DNA of 64,000 bases, from NCBI RefSeq assembly GCF_006345805.1, contig NC_043002.1:97526001-97590000 (forward strand), read 5' to 3'. Made by a program: the position numbers and the translations under genes. How positions within the stretch are numbered: position 1 is the first letter of the stretch; each line of letters begins with the position of its first letter. This DNA is from Octopus sinensis (Eukaryota). Below, piece after piece: positions 24,155 through 38,478 of the stretch. The notes under the pieces were generated by a model. It saw only the letters and a program-made list of their open reading frames with translations. It was not told the origin of the DNA and made no database searches.

Positions 24155-25669
24155 TGTTAAAGAGGACAACAAACGTTGAGGCATATACATCATTATTATT
24201 ATTGGGAAGGGATTCAGAGTCCTACATCTGTTTCTGAGATGTCCAAGAGTATGGCATATTCTGTCATCGGAGAAAAATGGGGAAAATGATAAATACATTT
24301 GATTCTCAACATACAAATCTTCAAAAGTGAGCAGCTCTCCTTTCTGTTTTTTTGTACCTCTTCCCTATTTGTAATATCTATCAATGTTTAATTCCCTCGA
24401 TGTATTTAACAACGTCGTTGTATCTTAGCCCCACGGAAGTTTACTCTGATTTTGTTACCGATAGCTAACTGTGAGTTGAATATTTATCTTATCGACCAAG
24501 TTTTCTGTTTTCTTGTTATGCTTAAGTCAGCAGCAGTTTTTCAGCACCAATACCTCCTCCTCCTCCATATAGTAGTTGAAGTCTATAGCATAGATCTTCT
24601 TCTGGGACCATGATGTTCCTTCGTCTTTCCAAGAGATGCTTATGATTCAGCTCACACATCCCGTCATGAATCTATACAAGTCTTTTGCCTTGTTTACGCA
24701 ATAAAATCCCTCCCGTTTCCGTATATTCGGGTGAATGTTACTGTTACTCGATACATTTTACCTTTGCTTCGATCGTAAAGGTAACTGTAGTCCCATAATC
24801 ACTATCCTAATCGCTAAAAGCTAAGCAGTCTTGATCATCTTGCAATGACATTCCTTAGTCTCACTTACCATTACACTCATTGGTTGTCTGGGCCAAATAA
24901 GTGAAGTAGTTTATATCTACAAACGTCTCTCTTTTTCTTTCCCTCTCGGTAATATATAATCACCTAGGAAAAAATAATCCAAAATATAAAATCAAACTGA
25001 AGAAATCTCATAAAACATTTAAAACCAGAGTGTTCATAAAACTAGAGTATTCATGTTTTCAATAATACATACTTATATTACATACCTCCATTAGCAATCG
25101 CAACTATGAATAAAGTTATAATAATATTGACTGTTCTATTCTCCTTTAACTTCCAGACGTACTTGGACAGGGTGGTGGAATTTATTTTTTTCTTATGTAA
25201 AGGAATGTGTATGCTATGTATGCCAGGTTTAGAATGTATTGCTCCTTAGCCAGAAAAACATGTGTGTATGTTATTTTACTTAAAAACTCTAACGCCTTTA
25301 TGAGAGAATTGTAGTTCAAGGGAGAGTATTCTGCATTACTCAACATTTGCAGTAAATAAAGTTTCCTTTGGTAACAAATTCTAGAACGTTTTTTCGTTCA
25401 TTAATGATATGACGAAAATATTGCTTCCGTTGATGTCAGTTTTCTGTTCTTAACTTCTCGAAAAGTATTACAAATATTGTGTACATACATAAAAATATAT
25501 TATTGCAATAAATAGAATATAACTAAAGCATGTATTATTACATTTTAAAACTAGTATATTTAATATATATGTATGGATTAAATCAGTTCAGCTTTTTCTA
25601 TATCACTTCTATCTTTTAGATTATATTAGATCCAAACGTTTTTCATCAAAACGTATGGCGTTTATATAC

Positions 25670-25694
25670 TTACGATATATATATATGTATATAA

Positions 25695-25772
<78 letters not shown>

Positions 25773-25832
25773 TATATATATATGTTCGTGTGTGTATATA
25801 TGTATAGATATAAATATATGTATGTATGTATG

Positions 25833-25885
<53 letters not shown>

Positions 25886-26083
25886 TATATATAGATGTAT
25901 GTATGTATGTATGTATGTATGTATATGTATATATATACATAAATATATATGTATGTTTGAATGTATGTACGCATATAAATAGACATACATATTCGTATGT
26001 AAACGTAAATATAGATAGATAGATAAATAGATAGATAGATAGATAGATACATACATACATACATACATACATACATACATACA

Positions 26084-26113
<30 letters not shown>
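25670..26113. repeat. Compound (TA)n/(TGTA)n/(TAGA)n/(TACA)n microsatellite
   Basis: Seen directly; it explains the YI/VC-rich ORFs here. Confidence 0.95.
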
Positions 26114-26114
<1 letters not shown>

Positions 26115-26541
26115 GTGTGTGGGTGTCTCTGTGTGTGTGTATGCAGATTCTATATTCTTTATAAATTTCAATATATCGATATTTTTGAAATAGCATGACA
26201 AAATTTACCAAAACATTTTGTATTTAAAAGGAAAAGCATTAAAAGATAACACATCAATCTTAGAAATTTAATAAGAAACATCTCTAAGATTGATCATCCA
26301 ACTCTTACATCTAATTCTTACGTAGATGTAACATCCTAAATTAACGCAAAGGAAACAGTTGATTTATACTAGTTTCAAATTTTGGCACGAGGCCAGCAGT
26401 TTGGGAGGAGGGGGTCGATTAACTCGAATCCCAGAACTCTCAATTGGTTCTTATTTTATCCACCCTAAAAGGATAAAAGGCAAAGTCAACGTCGACGGAA
26501 TTTGAACTTTAAACGTAAATGTGGATGAAACGCCGCTAAGC

Positions 26542-26945
26542 ATAGGCGCAGGAGTGGCTGTGTGGTAAGTAGCTTGCTTACCAGCCACATGGTTCCGGGT
26601 TCAGTCTCAGTGCGTGACACCTTGGGCAAGTGTCTTCTACTATAGCCTCCGCCGACCAAAGTTTTGTGAGTGGATTTGGTAGACGGAAACTGAAAGAAGC
26701 CCGTCGTATATATGTATATATGTATGTGTGTGTGTCTGTGTTTGTCCCCCCCCAACATCGCCTGATAACCGATGCTGGTGTGCTTACGTCCCTGTAACTT
26801 AGAGGTTCGGCAAAAGAGACCGATAGAATAAGAACTAGGCTTATAAAGAATATGTACTGGGGTCGATTTGCTCTACTAAAGGCAGTGCTCCAGCATGGCC
26901 ATAGTCACATGACTGAAACAAGTAAAAGAGTAAATGAGAACAAGA
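26542..26945 (+). mobile_element. SINE family A nested inside a minus-strand family C SINE
   Basis: The host sequence cgccgctaagc|atttcgcccggcg is split, with taagcat duplicated on both sides. Confidence 0.8.
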
Positions 26946-27165
26946 GTAAGCATTTCGCCCGGCGTGTTAACGATTCTGCCAATTTGCCACCTCAAGGTCG
27001 ATTATATTGACATCAGTATTTCACTGGTACTGTGTTTTAGTGACTCCAGAAGGATGGAAACAAAGTTGACCTTGTTGCGAATGGAATTCAGAACATAAAG
27101 TTCAGGAACATATTTCACAAGACAATTTGTCAAGAAGGCTAAAGATTATGACAGTTTCATATATG

Positions 27166-27199
<34 letters not shown>

Positions 27200-27248
27200 A
27201 TATATATACATACATACATATATATATATATATAATATATATATATAT

Positions 27249-27510
27249 TGTTTATTCCTTCTCGAGCTACGCCTGGTTCATTAGGGCCGGTTTCCCGGTT
27301 TCCTTGGCGTATAGGTTCCCCACCTGGATGGGACGCCGGTCCGTCACCAGTGAGCTGCAAGATGCAAGAAGAAAAAGTGAGAGAAAGTTGTGGTGAAACT
27401 GTCAACAGAAATTCGCCATTACCTTCTGACGGAGCCACGTGGAGCATAGGTGTTTCGCTCATAAACACACACATCGCCCGGTCTGAGATTCAAAGCCTTG
27501 AACCACTGGG
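27249..27510 (-). mobile_element. SINE family E
   Basis: Reverse complement of 16729-17032. Confidence 0.8.
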
Positions 27511-27527
27511 TCATGTGCCTCCACATC

Positions 27528-27570
<43 letters not shown>

Positions 27571-27720
27571 TCGTATACAACCCATACTTATAGATCCACA
27601 CACACACACATGTTAGTGTGTGCATGCGCGTGTGTGTGTGTGTGTATTCGTATACAACCCATACTTATAGATCCACATACACACATGTTAGTGTGTGTAT
27701 GCGTGTGTGTGTGTGTGTGT

Positions 27721-27761
<41 letters not shown>

Positions 27762-28783
27762 CGTGTGAAATTTCACTCAATTTTTACTCTAAAACTTTTT
27801 TTCTTTCATTGAGCGTCAACCTAATATTATTAGCTGTGAAAGTCCCTTTGACTTTTGTTTCTTGTATTTGATGATGATGATGATATATATATGCGTGTGC
27901 ATGTCTGAGTGCGTGCGTGTTTGCGTGTTTGCGTGTCCCTAACAAGTAAAATTTGAGGAGAGAAAAGCTAACAACTTTGCATCTAGTGGAAAAGCCTGCA
28001 GCATAAGTGAGGAATAGAAAATTGATTTGCTAAAACAAACATAAAAAATATCATGAGCCGTGAATGTTGAAAGCAAATGGAAGATAGCAATATGAAGGAA
28101 GTTGTCCAGCTCACTTAGCTTAAGTACAGTACGGATAGTGAAGGAAACATCACAGGTGAAATATGATGGAGAATGTCGTAAGCAACTAATTACTTAAAAT
28201 GACAGAAAGCGTTCATTATAATAATTACGCACCTTCGACTTACTCTTACCTGTGTAGTTTAGTGTAAGCTTTTGAAAGCTGAAAAATCAACCTAGAAAGC
28301 AGAATAAAACGTTGATTTCATTGGCCTATAACAGGTTCCAAAGTATTATATGCGTACATGGGAGTTATTCAAAACCAGCAAATAAATTTGGAAAATGGGC
28401 CTGAAATTTCATGGGACTAGGATTAGTCGATTACATCGACCCCAGAGTTTGTTTGATATTTATTTTTATCGACCCCGAAGGATGAAGGGCAAAGTCAAAA
28501 GAAATGCCGCTACGCACTTTGTCCGGCACTGGATTCTGCCAGCTTGCTGCCTTAAGTGAACCCTTAATATAGGTTTGAAATATTAGCACAAGGCCAGTAG
28601 TTTTAGGGAAGGGGTAAGTCAACTATATCGACCACAGTGCTCAGCTGGTACTTATTTACCAATCCCCAAAGGATAAAAAGCAAAATCACCTTCGGTGGAA
28701 TTTGAACTCAGAACGTAAAGAGAACAAAATGCTGCTAAGCATTTTGCCCGGCGTGCTAAAGGTTCTGCCAACACGCTGGTATT

Positions 28784-29311
28784 CAGTAATCCCTCGACTA
28801 TCGCGGGTGTTACGTTTCAAAAACTCCCGCGATAGGTGAAAATCCGCGAAGTAGAAACAGTACTGTATTGTATATATATTTTAAAATTATTTTTATAATT
28901 TGTATATATTTATTTAATTATGAATGCAAAACAACAGCACACTCTCGCCTCCCGGGTTTCGTTTTCCATACAGTGTGTGCAATACTTTGTTTACTCATCT
29001 ACGGTACAATACGTATTTACTTTTAATATATTTTAATTAATGTGTTATACAGTACAGTACTGTACTGTGTTTTTATTTATTAATTTATTAATTTTTAGGC
29101 GTGAAAATGCTTATTTTACCACAGAAATAATTAAAATCTAAAAAACTATAAATACCTATCGGCCGCAGAAACCCACGATATATTGAGGAGTCCGCGATAT
29201 AAATTTACATATATTAGCCAGAAAAATCCGCGATGGACTGAAGGCGTGATAGATGAACCTCGATGTACTGAATGCGCGATAGGTGAACCGCGATATGGCG
29301 AGGAATTACTG
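28784..29311. mobile_element. Tigger/pogo-like MITE
   Basis: TIRs cagtaatccctcgactatcgcgg / ccgcgatatggcgaggaattactg, with TA at the right end. Confidence 0.85.
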
Positions 29312-31451
29312 TATATTTCATCCTGACCAAACCCATATAGAACAATTTATTGCCCTATTTCTGGATGAACCTGTTTAATAAACTATTTCAGTTAAAATAT
29401 AGAAGTCAGTTCCAAATTGCCATAACTTTTGCCTTTTACTTTTTGCTTTATTCACTGAATTGCGGCCATACTGGGGCATTGCCTTAAAAGGTTTAGGCGA
29501 ACAAATGGCTTCCTGTACGTATTTCATCCGTCCGTTCTGCCGAACGGCTAGCTTAACAAGGAGGCAAACAAACCAACATCGGTTGTCAATCTGTGGACTC
29601 AGATGATAGCAAACACACACACACACACATACACACACACATATATATATATATATACATACATATATATATACATACATACATATATACATACATACAT
29701 ATATATATACATACATATATATATATATATATATATGCACTGGCCTGCACGCTTAGCCAGCGGGATGGCGTCATTTGAAGGCTAAAACAATGCGAAGCGC
29801 ATTGTGACCAGCGATGTGTAGCAACATCTGATAGCCTGGTCGGTCACGGTGATCACGGTGATATATATATATATACACACACGTCGGGATCCACTCAGTT
29901 ACCGTCTAGCAAATTCGACAAAGCATTGTTCGACCCGAGGCTATAGTAAAAGACACCTGCCCGATGTGCTGCGCAGTGGGAGTTGAACCTGAAACCGTGT
30001 AGTTGCAAAGCGAGCTTATTAACAACTGAGTAATGCCTGTTTATAATGTTAGAAATGAAATTTAAAAGTTAATTTCTGGAAATGAAGGAGGAAATTAAAA
30101 TATTTTCTCAGAATTAATTTGATTTTTTTTTCAAATATTTTCATTTATTTTAAATTACTTTTTTAATAGCTAATTATTCCATATTTTATATTTTATATGC
30201 TTTAAATTTCTATCAACTCCCGATTCCCTCTCACCCCACCTCCTTCTCGTTCCCCTTATCTTCTCATCTGCTCTATTAATTCTTAGTTTTCAATTATCTC
30301 TGCTTTAACCTACTTCAAATATTTACCATATCGAATATCGTCTGTTTCTATTTTTAGGGTTGCTCTAGTGCAATATAGAGATATTTTAATGAAATTTAGC
30401 TTGTCATTCCCTTGAACTTTAGTACATCTACCCTCATTTATCACGGAGATTTGATTTTCAAAAATAAGTGATAAATGAATTATCTCCATGCAATTTGTAA
30501 ATGGAATGAATGGTAGAGTCATTGACATCAAACTCTTGGCTTGCAGTAGCAATGCTTCCACGTCACGCGTTTTTTTTTTTTAATTATCTCAACTTTTTCT
30601 AGCAGAAAATATGCATGTGAGCTTCGTTTGTTAGGATCAGAAGCCTTCGTATTTCTTCTGTTTACTGGTCATATGTTGATAGATACGAGTAAGAAAATCT
30701 GTAGGCAGGCGATAGTCAGTGCATTCTGGGCAGCTGAGCATCATGGGTGATCACTGGGGCGCGTGTTATCACAGATCAAACCATGATGAGTGTAACATGG
30801 TTCACATTTTAGCGTACTGATGAATGAATCAGTGATAAACGAGACAACATGTATTATGTAAGGATGGATATACATTCACAGTTTCCCTTAATCTCCTTCA
30901 AAGCACTAAAATATTACATAATCGGGGTTATGAAAACTTATACATTTCCTGTGAATAAGACAACCTCTACGCATTCGTTTGATCTAATGGAAATAGCAAC
31001 CAAATTCCCTCTAGTCACATTTTATTTTCGTAAAACTAGAGATACCCACTGGATATTGTTGTCCTATATATCCATAATTATTGGATGATTCAAATCCGGA
31101 TTGCTTTTGAACAGAGATTTCCTCAGTCAGGAAGCAAGAAAGTCTGGAATTCCAAAGAATAGTAAAATGTTAAAATTAATGTCGAGTTGGAAATAGAAAG
31201 CTACCGAGACCAAAATTGTCCCTTTCAGTTTCCCTTCTTGTAGACTGGTATTTCATTAATTCCTTCCACTCAGTCTCTCTTTCTCTCTCTCTCCCTTTCT
31301 CTCTCCTTCTCTTCTCTCTCTCTCTCTCTCTTTCTTTCTCTCGCATTCTTTCTCTCTAGTTCTTTTTCTCTCCCTTTTCCATCCGCTCTCTCCCCTTCTC
31401 TCACTCTTCTTTCTCCATCTGAGCCACTGTAGATTTATATATAAAATCTAT

Positions 31452-31512
<61 letters not shown>

Positions 31513-31530
31513 ACTAACGCGTATATCTAG

Positions 31531-31594
<64 letters not shown>

Positions 31595-31712
31595 TTATTT
31601 TCAGTTTTACTAAGATTCATTGACAATAGAGAAGGAGTCAGTCTCTAACCTAGATCCAAGGCTCTTTTATTAGAATTTCAACATCAACAACAGGGTATTT
31701 TTGTATGTATGA

Positions 31713-31752
<40 letters not shown>

Positions 31753-31869
31753 AACTAAAGTTATAGAACAAACAAATGCAAGGTCATCCAATAAGATATC
31801 ATAACTCGAACATTTAATCATAGAATATACATTTAGACATTTCGCATATCTAGATATGCTCGTATATAC

Positions 31870-32235
31870 TTAAATGATAAACTTCTGGAAAGTTTTACAG
31901 ATTTTTACAGTTCCAATGATGGACTGGATCTGTAGTATTCGAATTAGCTTTCTCCTTTCTCTATTTGAGAAACCTAATTTCTCAAGACTGGTATTTAGGC
32001 AGTGTGTTACATATCCCAGGGCCCCAATGATTACGGATATGAACCTGAACTTGTAATCTGGATAGAGTAACTTCAGATTTCTCTATAGTTCAACGTGGGT
32101 ATTCTCTTTTTCATTGATCTTCAGCTTTGTTAACATCCACTAGGCAGCTGTACATAGATTCTCTTCTCCATCCCAAATCATTATAACAGGTCTTCGACAG
32201 ATCTCATTATACAGTGCCCACGCTACAACATCATG
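31870..32235 (-). pseudogene. RLE-domain fragment of a second RLE-type LINE family
   Basis: Minus strand gives NLKLLYPDYKFRFISVIIGALGYVTHCLNTSLEKLGF. Confidence 0.65.
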
Positions 32236-32817
32236 TCTCATCGATAGATAACACCCTGATGGCATTTTCGGACAGCTGCTTATGATGGTAATATTCGAAA
32301 TACTTAGCGCTATTTCGTCTGCCGTTACATTCTGAGTTCAAATTCTGCTGAGGTCGAGATTGCCTTTCATCCTTTCAGGGTCGATTAAGTAAGTACCAGT
32401 TACGCACTGGGGTCAATGTAATCGACTTAATCCCTTGTTTGTCCCCTCTATGTTTATCCCCCCTGTGGGCAATAAAGAAATAAAAAATATCTTCGGTGTT
32501 AACTTCACATCGGTTGTCACATTTTACTACTTTGGTGGTGGTGGTGGTGGTGGTGGTGGTGGTGGTTGTGGTGGTGGTGGTGTGGTGTGGTGTGGTGGTG
32601 GTGGTGGTGGTGGTGGTGGTTGTAGTGGTGATGAATTTGGTTATGCTCGTTATGAAAGTAAAGATCCTACTTTCTGTGTTTAGATGCAGATTTTAAAATA
32701 AAAGGTCATTAACAAAATTATCTACCTTTAGATTTTAAGTAATATTTCAAGTTTTTTGTGCTATAATATAAACCTGTATGCATTATATGTATACACACAC
32801 ACACATATGTGTATATA

Positions 32818-33432
32818 CAGAGTGCGGTGAATAAACTGTCATCTAAATTACACAAAAATGAAAATAACACTGGCATCTCATTTTAACGAATTTATTGACC
32901 AAAATTACTTTAAAATATCTTGAAATAAGAAAGAGTAAATTTATTCAATAAAATCGTCATTAGTTCCAACCACGGCCTCAAGACAACTTCGGAATCTCTT
33001 GCAACTCTTCTGAGCGGTCATCTTGTTTGAGTTGGTGAATGCTGCCATAATTCTTGCCTTCAGTTCATCTTTGATGTTACAAGGAGTTTTGTTGGTCTCT
33101 CGCTCAAATGCGTCTCCCACGCATAATAATCAAAGAGGTCGCAGTCTGGGGAGTTAGGTGACCAGATGTTAGGAGTGATGTGGTGGCAAAAATTGTCTTA
33201 CAGCCATGATTTGGTTCTCGTGCTTGTGTAGCATGGTGCAGAGTCCTGTTGCTAGACATAGGGTCTTTCAGCAACCACCCTCTTGGCCCAGAGCTGCACT
33301 ACCTCCTCCAGGCACTTGATCTAAGCTTCTGTGTGGAGCCTGAAGTGGCATGAGAATATGAATGGAGACATATCGTCGCCATCACTAGTGATCACTCCAA
33401 ACACCATGATGTTAACTGGATGGTAGATTTTT
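32818..33432 (-). mobile_element. Tc1/mariner-superfamily (maT-like) transposon, 3' half
   Basis: Minus strand gives IMVFGVITSDG...PYV*QQDSAPCYTS...WSPNSPDCDLFDYYAW...DDFIE* (stop at 32941); TA plus cag TIR-like end at 32818. Confidence 0.85.
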
Positions 33433-33433
33433 A

Positions 33434-33585
33434 TCTTGGGGAAATTTCGAACCTAGGTTCTTATTCCTAAGGTATTGCGTAGTGGTTAAGAGCGCGGGCA
33501 ACTAACCCCAAGATTCCGAGTTCGATTCCAGGCAGTGACCTGAATAATAATAATAATGATAATCATAATAATAATAATAATAATA

Positions 33586-33616
<31 letters not shown>

Positions 33617-33818
33617 CATTGAAAAATACCTTAGAAATGATAACCCAGGTTCGAAATTTCCCCCAAGACACCTGAAGAAGGCTGGAGGGTATATCAGCCG
33701 AAACGTTGTGTTAACAACAAACAAGATGTGGACAAATATCCGTCGAATGTAAATAATGTAAATAATGTAAATAATGTAAATAATGTACATAATTCCTCAC
33801 CTCTTAAATATAGAACTA
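33434..33818 (+). mobile_element. Composite element: inverted repeat, tRNA-like head, (AAT/GAT)n, inverted repeat, hammerhead, tail
   Basis: IR 33434-33476 pairs with 33625-33668; head 33477-33545 with tagtggttaag and gagttcgattcc boxes. Confidence 0.8.
33667..33712 (+). ncRNA. Minimal type-I hammerhead ribozyme
   Basis: GACAC-CUGAAGA-A-GGCUG-(10 nt)-CAGCC-GAAA-CG-UU-GUGUU; stem III is the palindrome AACGUU. Confidence 0.7.
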
Positions 33819-33899
33819 ATATATATACCTTTAAAACATTTCAAACAGGGGAAAATGCATTTCATTTACCTCATATTTTGCTGAAATTGAATCTCTTCA

Positions 33900-34400
33900 G
33901 TAGCTGCCGTTTTATTAAACAATTCGTTTAAATCTGTTGGAGTAGTTTTCTTTTCATGCAGTTAATGTCTTGGGTTAAAGATTTAAATTATATTAAGGTT
34001 GATGTTTTCAAAGAGCTGTGATTTTTATTATTAATGGCTTTCAATGAAACGGGAACTCTGTAGCTGCTAATGAATGATGCAATGAAAAAAGGTTAATCAC
34101 AAATTTTGACAATAAAGGGAAGCGATAGTCATAGCCAAATTTTTTCCGAGATATGTTAAGCCCAATCTTTTTTTAGATATTTTTTTCTGCATTACGAGAT
34201 TCAGTTTGTAGTATCAACTCCCTCCATTCTTTATTAATTTGTTCATAATGTTCTTCGTGGGCGAGATTGAAAAATTTCCGAAATAATGGGATAATTGATT
34301 TTGGCCTTCCTTCGATAAAATAGCTCGGTTCTAACGCTTTAAATAACGCTAACTTTGTAAACACTTCACAAGATAAAAAGAGCTAAAGCTTCTGCTTTGT
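33900..34400 (-). pseudogene. hAT transposase C-terminal remnant
   Basis: LFKALEP...SIIPLFRKFFNL...EQINKEWRELIL, then KFVINLFSLHHSLAATE (resembles PHSSAAVERIFS). Confidence 0.6.
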
Positions 34401-34781
34401 AAAACAAACAGAATTTTTTAATATTTATTCGATGTTTTTGCAGTTGTTTTGTGGAAATCTTTGTTGAATTATCCAGAAAATTCTTTTTAAAGTAGCACAA
34501 CAATAAATGTCAACTCTACAGAGATATGATGAAGGACCACTAACATTAATTCTACTTATATCTTTAGGCCTCACAAGTTCTTGCAACGTGAAATGATTGA
34601 AATCATTTTAACACTAGTATTAAAAGAATGTCTTAATGAAATGTAAAATCGTGAGCAAAACTGATTAGGTGTTCAAAGGTTGTTTCATTGTTGTTAAAAA
34701 AAAGTCAAAAAGGTCTTCTATACAATTACATGAAGGGCAGCACATGATATCCTTTGTTATTCTGAATCTGGTGACGAGGCT

Positions 34782-35069
34782 TGTTTGTTTGTTTGTTTGT
34801 TTAGCGCCTGGGAGAAGTCCGAGATGTGGTCCTTTGCTATTCGTAAGACCCGCAGAAGAGAAAGCAGGTCAAACCCCGACACCGAGAGCTTCGACGGATG
34901 TATGAATGCGCATCCAGGCTCAGCGGTTGCGTAGGGAGTCGGGGACAAGAAACAGGAAGAAAGAGTGAGAGAAAGTTGGAGCGAAAGAGTTTATACAGGG
35001 GTCGCCACCAACCCCTGCCGGAGCCTCTTGGAGCTTTAGGTGTTTTCGCTCAATAAACACACACAAAAC
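34782..35069 (-). mobile_element. 5'-truncated SINE with family B body, a third tail type and an (AAAC)n tail
   Basis: 12-bp TSD ggtgacgaggct at 34770-34781 and 35070-35081. Confidence 0.8.
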
Positions 35070-35969
35070 GGTGACGAGGCTAGATAAATGATGTGAAAGG
35101 GCAATTAGTAAATTGTGTTCAAATTTTGACAGCTTGCTATATACATAGATAAAGACAAATACATTAGATTATAGTAGAGAATTTTCTATGGTTGCAGCTA
35201 CCTGTAATTTCCCTTCTTCTTGGTAGTGTGTCCCTTGTCAGTCCTACCGAACAGAACACAGGAAAATTAATGTCAACCAAAGCTTTTTTTTTTAATTGAT
35301 GGCCTGAAATTGTCTGTTTCTGTGTGTGTGTAACGAGCTTCCACACACTTTCCATCGACCAAATTCACTGACAAAGTATTGGTCGTCCCGGGGTTATAGT
35401 AGAAGACACTTGCTCAAGGTAGCACCCAGTGGGACTGAAACAAAAATCCCATGGGTACAAAGCGAGCTGCTTAACAGCACAACTATGACTATGACTTTCA
35501 AAAAATGACTATGACTTTCAAAAAATATTCAAAAACTGCAAAACAAGCTGCCTCGCATCCTCCAAATCCTATCAATTGAAGAGAAAATTTATGAAGCATT
35601 TCAAAGAGTTACCTGAAACAAACATATAGCCAGGGTCACATGTGTGTATACGGCATGCAAGGATCACATGTGCATACGGTATACCAGGATCACATGCGTA
35701 TATACGGCATACAAGCACATACGCATAAAGAGAAATCACATACATTCGAGTATTAAATAGACATGAGTATACATTATATAAGTGTATATATATATATATA
35801 TATATATATGTATTCATACCTACGTATATACACACACTAACTTAAATATTTGCAAATCTCAGGATTTCTTTTTACTCAAACACAAAAAGCCTTGTCATTT
35901 TGTCTGTGCTTCAATTCTGCAAAGAACTTAAACATATCTGCAACCAAAACATATAAGTGTGTGTATACA

Positions 35970-36030
35970 TACATACATATTTATATACATATTATATATA
36001 TATATATATATATATAATTATATATATATA

Positions 36031-36064
<34 letters not shown>

Positions 36065-36137
36065 TTACATACTATATATATATACATATATACATATATA
36101 CATATATATATATACATATGTATACATATATATATAT

Positions 36138-36183
<46 letters not shown>

Positions 36184-36345
36184 TATATGTACATACATAT
36201 ATATACATACGTATATAAATATACAGACATATAATATAACATCTTATATATACTACATATTATATACTTATATAATATTATACATGTATATATGCATATA
36301 TATACATACATACACACATATATATTATATATAGATAGATAGATA

Positions 36346-36424
<79 letters not shown>

Positions 36425-36425
36425 T
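35970..36425. repeat. (TA)n/(TAGA)n microsatellite
   Basis: Seen directly; a similar tract lies at 36995-37330. Confidence 0.95.
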
Positions 36426-37027
36426 GTGTATGTGTGTGTATACATACACACGCCTACATATGTACACACACAGGGATATACACCACATACATATACATCA
36501 GATGCACAAATACACAACACACAAACACAAAAATTCATACACAGCAACCCACACATTCATATACATTCATAAATACACGGGCTCATACAAGTACAACATA
36601 CTCATATACATAGACACGGCATACATAGACAAACACACGAACAAACGTGCACATACGCTACAATACACACACACACACACACACACACATTTGTACTTAT
36701 ACACACATGGGCACACACACATAAAAGCAAGCATCCGTTCGTTTTCACTCTCATCTTGTGTTCGTACATATGTTTATATATCTCAAAGCAAGATTAAAAT
36801 CAGTAAAACTTCAACTGACTTTATTCAATATGTAGTTCTTATCGTTACGAGTGACAGTCTGCTGACGATACAAAATCTTTTAAAACTTCTGCTCATTAAT
36901 CAGGTGAGACAGCTGAGGCCTTCCACGGATTTTTATTCTTGCTTAAAAGAACAATACCCTGTCATTCTACAGTTTTATACACACACACGACTTTTATGTG
37001 TATATATATATATATTATATTATATAT

Positions 37028-37077
<50 letters not shown>

Positions 37078-37080
37078 TAT

Positions 37081-37112
<32 letters not shown>

Positions 37113-37193
37113 CATATATACCATATACATATATATATGTATATACATATATATATTATACACATATATATATATATATACATACTATATATA

Positions 37194-37234
<41 letters not shown>

Positions 37235-37405
37235 TATATGTATTATATATAACATACATACATATATATTATATATATATATATATTATATATATATTAT
37301 ATACATACATATATATATATCGACATGCATATATATATATACACACATATATGCGTACAAACACTAACACCCAAACACAAATGCACACAGTACTTACGTT
37401 CACAA

Positions 37406-37465
<60 letters not shown>

Positions 37466-38334
37466 TGTTTGTGTGTGTGTATATATAAATAACTATATCA
37501 GATACGCTAGTTGTACTAAGACTGTGTTTTAAGTGACATGAGTGACGGTAAATAACTAAATAGATATTGGGAGTAGAAAGTTTCCGACGGAAGTCTTCTG
37601 CATTAATAAGAGGTAGTTAAGCTCAAGTTAGCATTCTTAGTGAAGTGAGCCTCAAAAATATGTAAAGTGTTTAATTTAAACCTATAAAGAAACATCATAA
37701 CCGTTAATGACAATATCCGTTTTGTATTGGGTTTGCAAGATTCTTGAGGTGAACTTGTGGCTTGAAGCATTTCTTGTATCTCAGGAAGGTCATTATGCCA
37801 AAGAAATACACGCACAGGTTCTTTTTCGCTTTTATACATTCGTTTGTCAATAGGTAAAATATTTAACTAATTAATTAATCTCTTGTTTGATCAATCGTTC
37901 CCCTAAATCAAACTTGGGGCAGAGAGGGCATGTCATTGATGAGGTCCTGAATGGAGTCGAAACGACTTGACAAACCTTTCTGATTGGTTGACACGCGGTT
38001 AATCAAACACTCAGTTCATTTGTTAAATTGATAACCAATTAACAAATAAAACTACAGACGTAAAATAGATGAACCAGTGTATGTGTTTTTATTAGTAGCA
38101 TAAAGACCCTCCCGCTATACAACAGAGAAAGCAAGAAGACAGTGAATGCGATCTTTGAATTGAACAACAATTAAATGAACACATGCAGTGGAGCCAAAGT
38201 CTGGTCTTTAAGAACAGTGGCAACTCTGGACACGTTTAGGTCTTATCAGACCTCCTCAACGAATCACAACGTAACACGTACTTTCCAGGTTACACAGCGG
38301 CTGACTATATAAAGATTTTGTGGGATAAATAGAG

Positions 38335-38478
38335 AATACCATTCTCTTTCCCTATGGATACCGTATTTATTACAACTCATGGCTTGTAAACGTATCTAAC
38401 TCGCTTTCGCTCGTTAGATACGTTTACAAGCCACGAGTTGTAATAAATACGGTATCCATAGGGAATGAGTTTGGTATT
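38335..38478. repeat. Near-perfect hairpin (53-bp core arms, 1 mismatch, 12-nt loop)
   Basis: 38348-38400 pairs with 38413-38465; loop tcgctttcgctc. Confidence 0.95.

Noticed and set aside
25621-26211. Long ORFs (up to 256 aa here and at 35957-37367) rich in YI/CV/HT
   Set aside because: Translations of (TA)n, (TG)n and (TAGA)n microsatellites.
30780-30825. C/D snoRNA-like boxes (atgatga ... ctga)
   Set aside because: Only about 30 nt between the boxes and no terminal stem.
31630-31680. Possible minus-strand hammerhead relic (ctaataaaagagcc...ggttagagac)
   Set aside because: Too many core substitutions to support.
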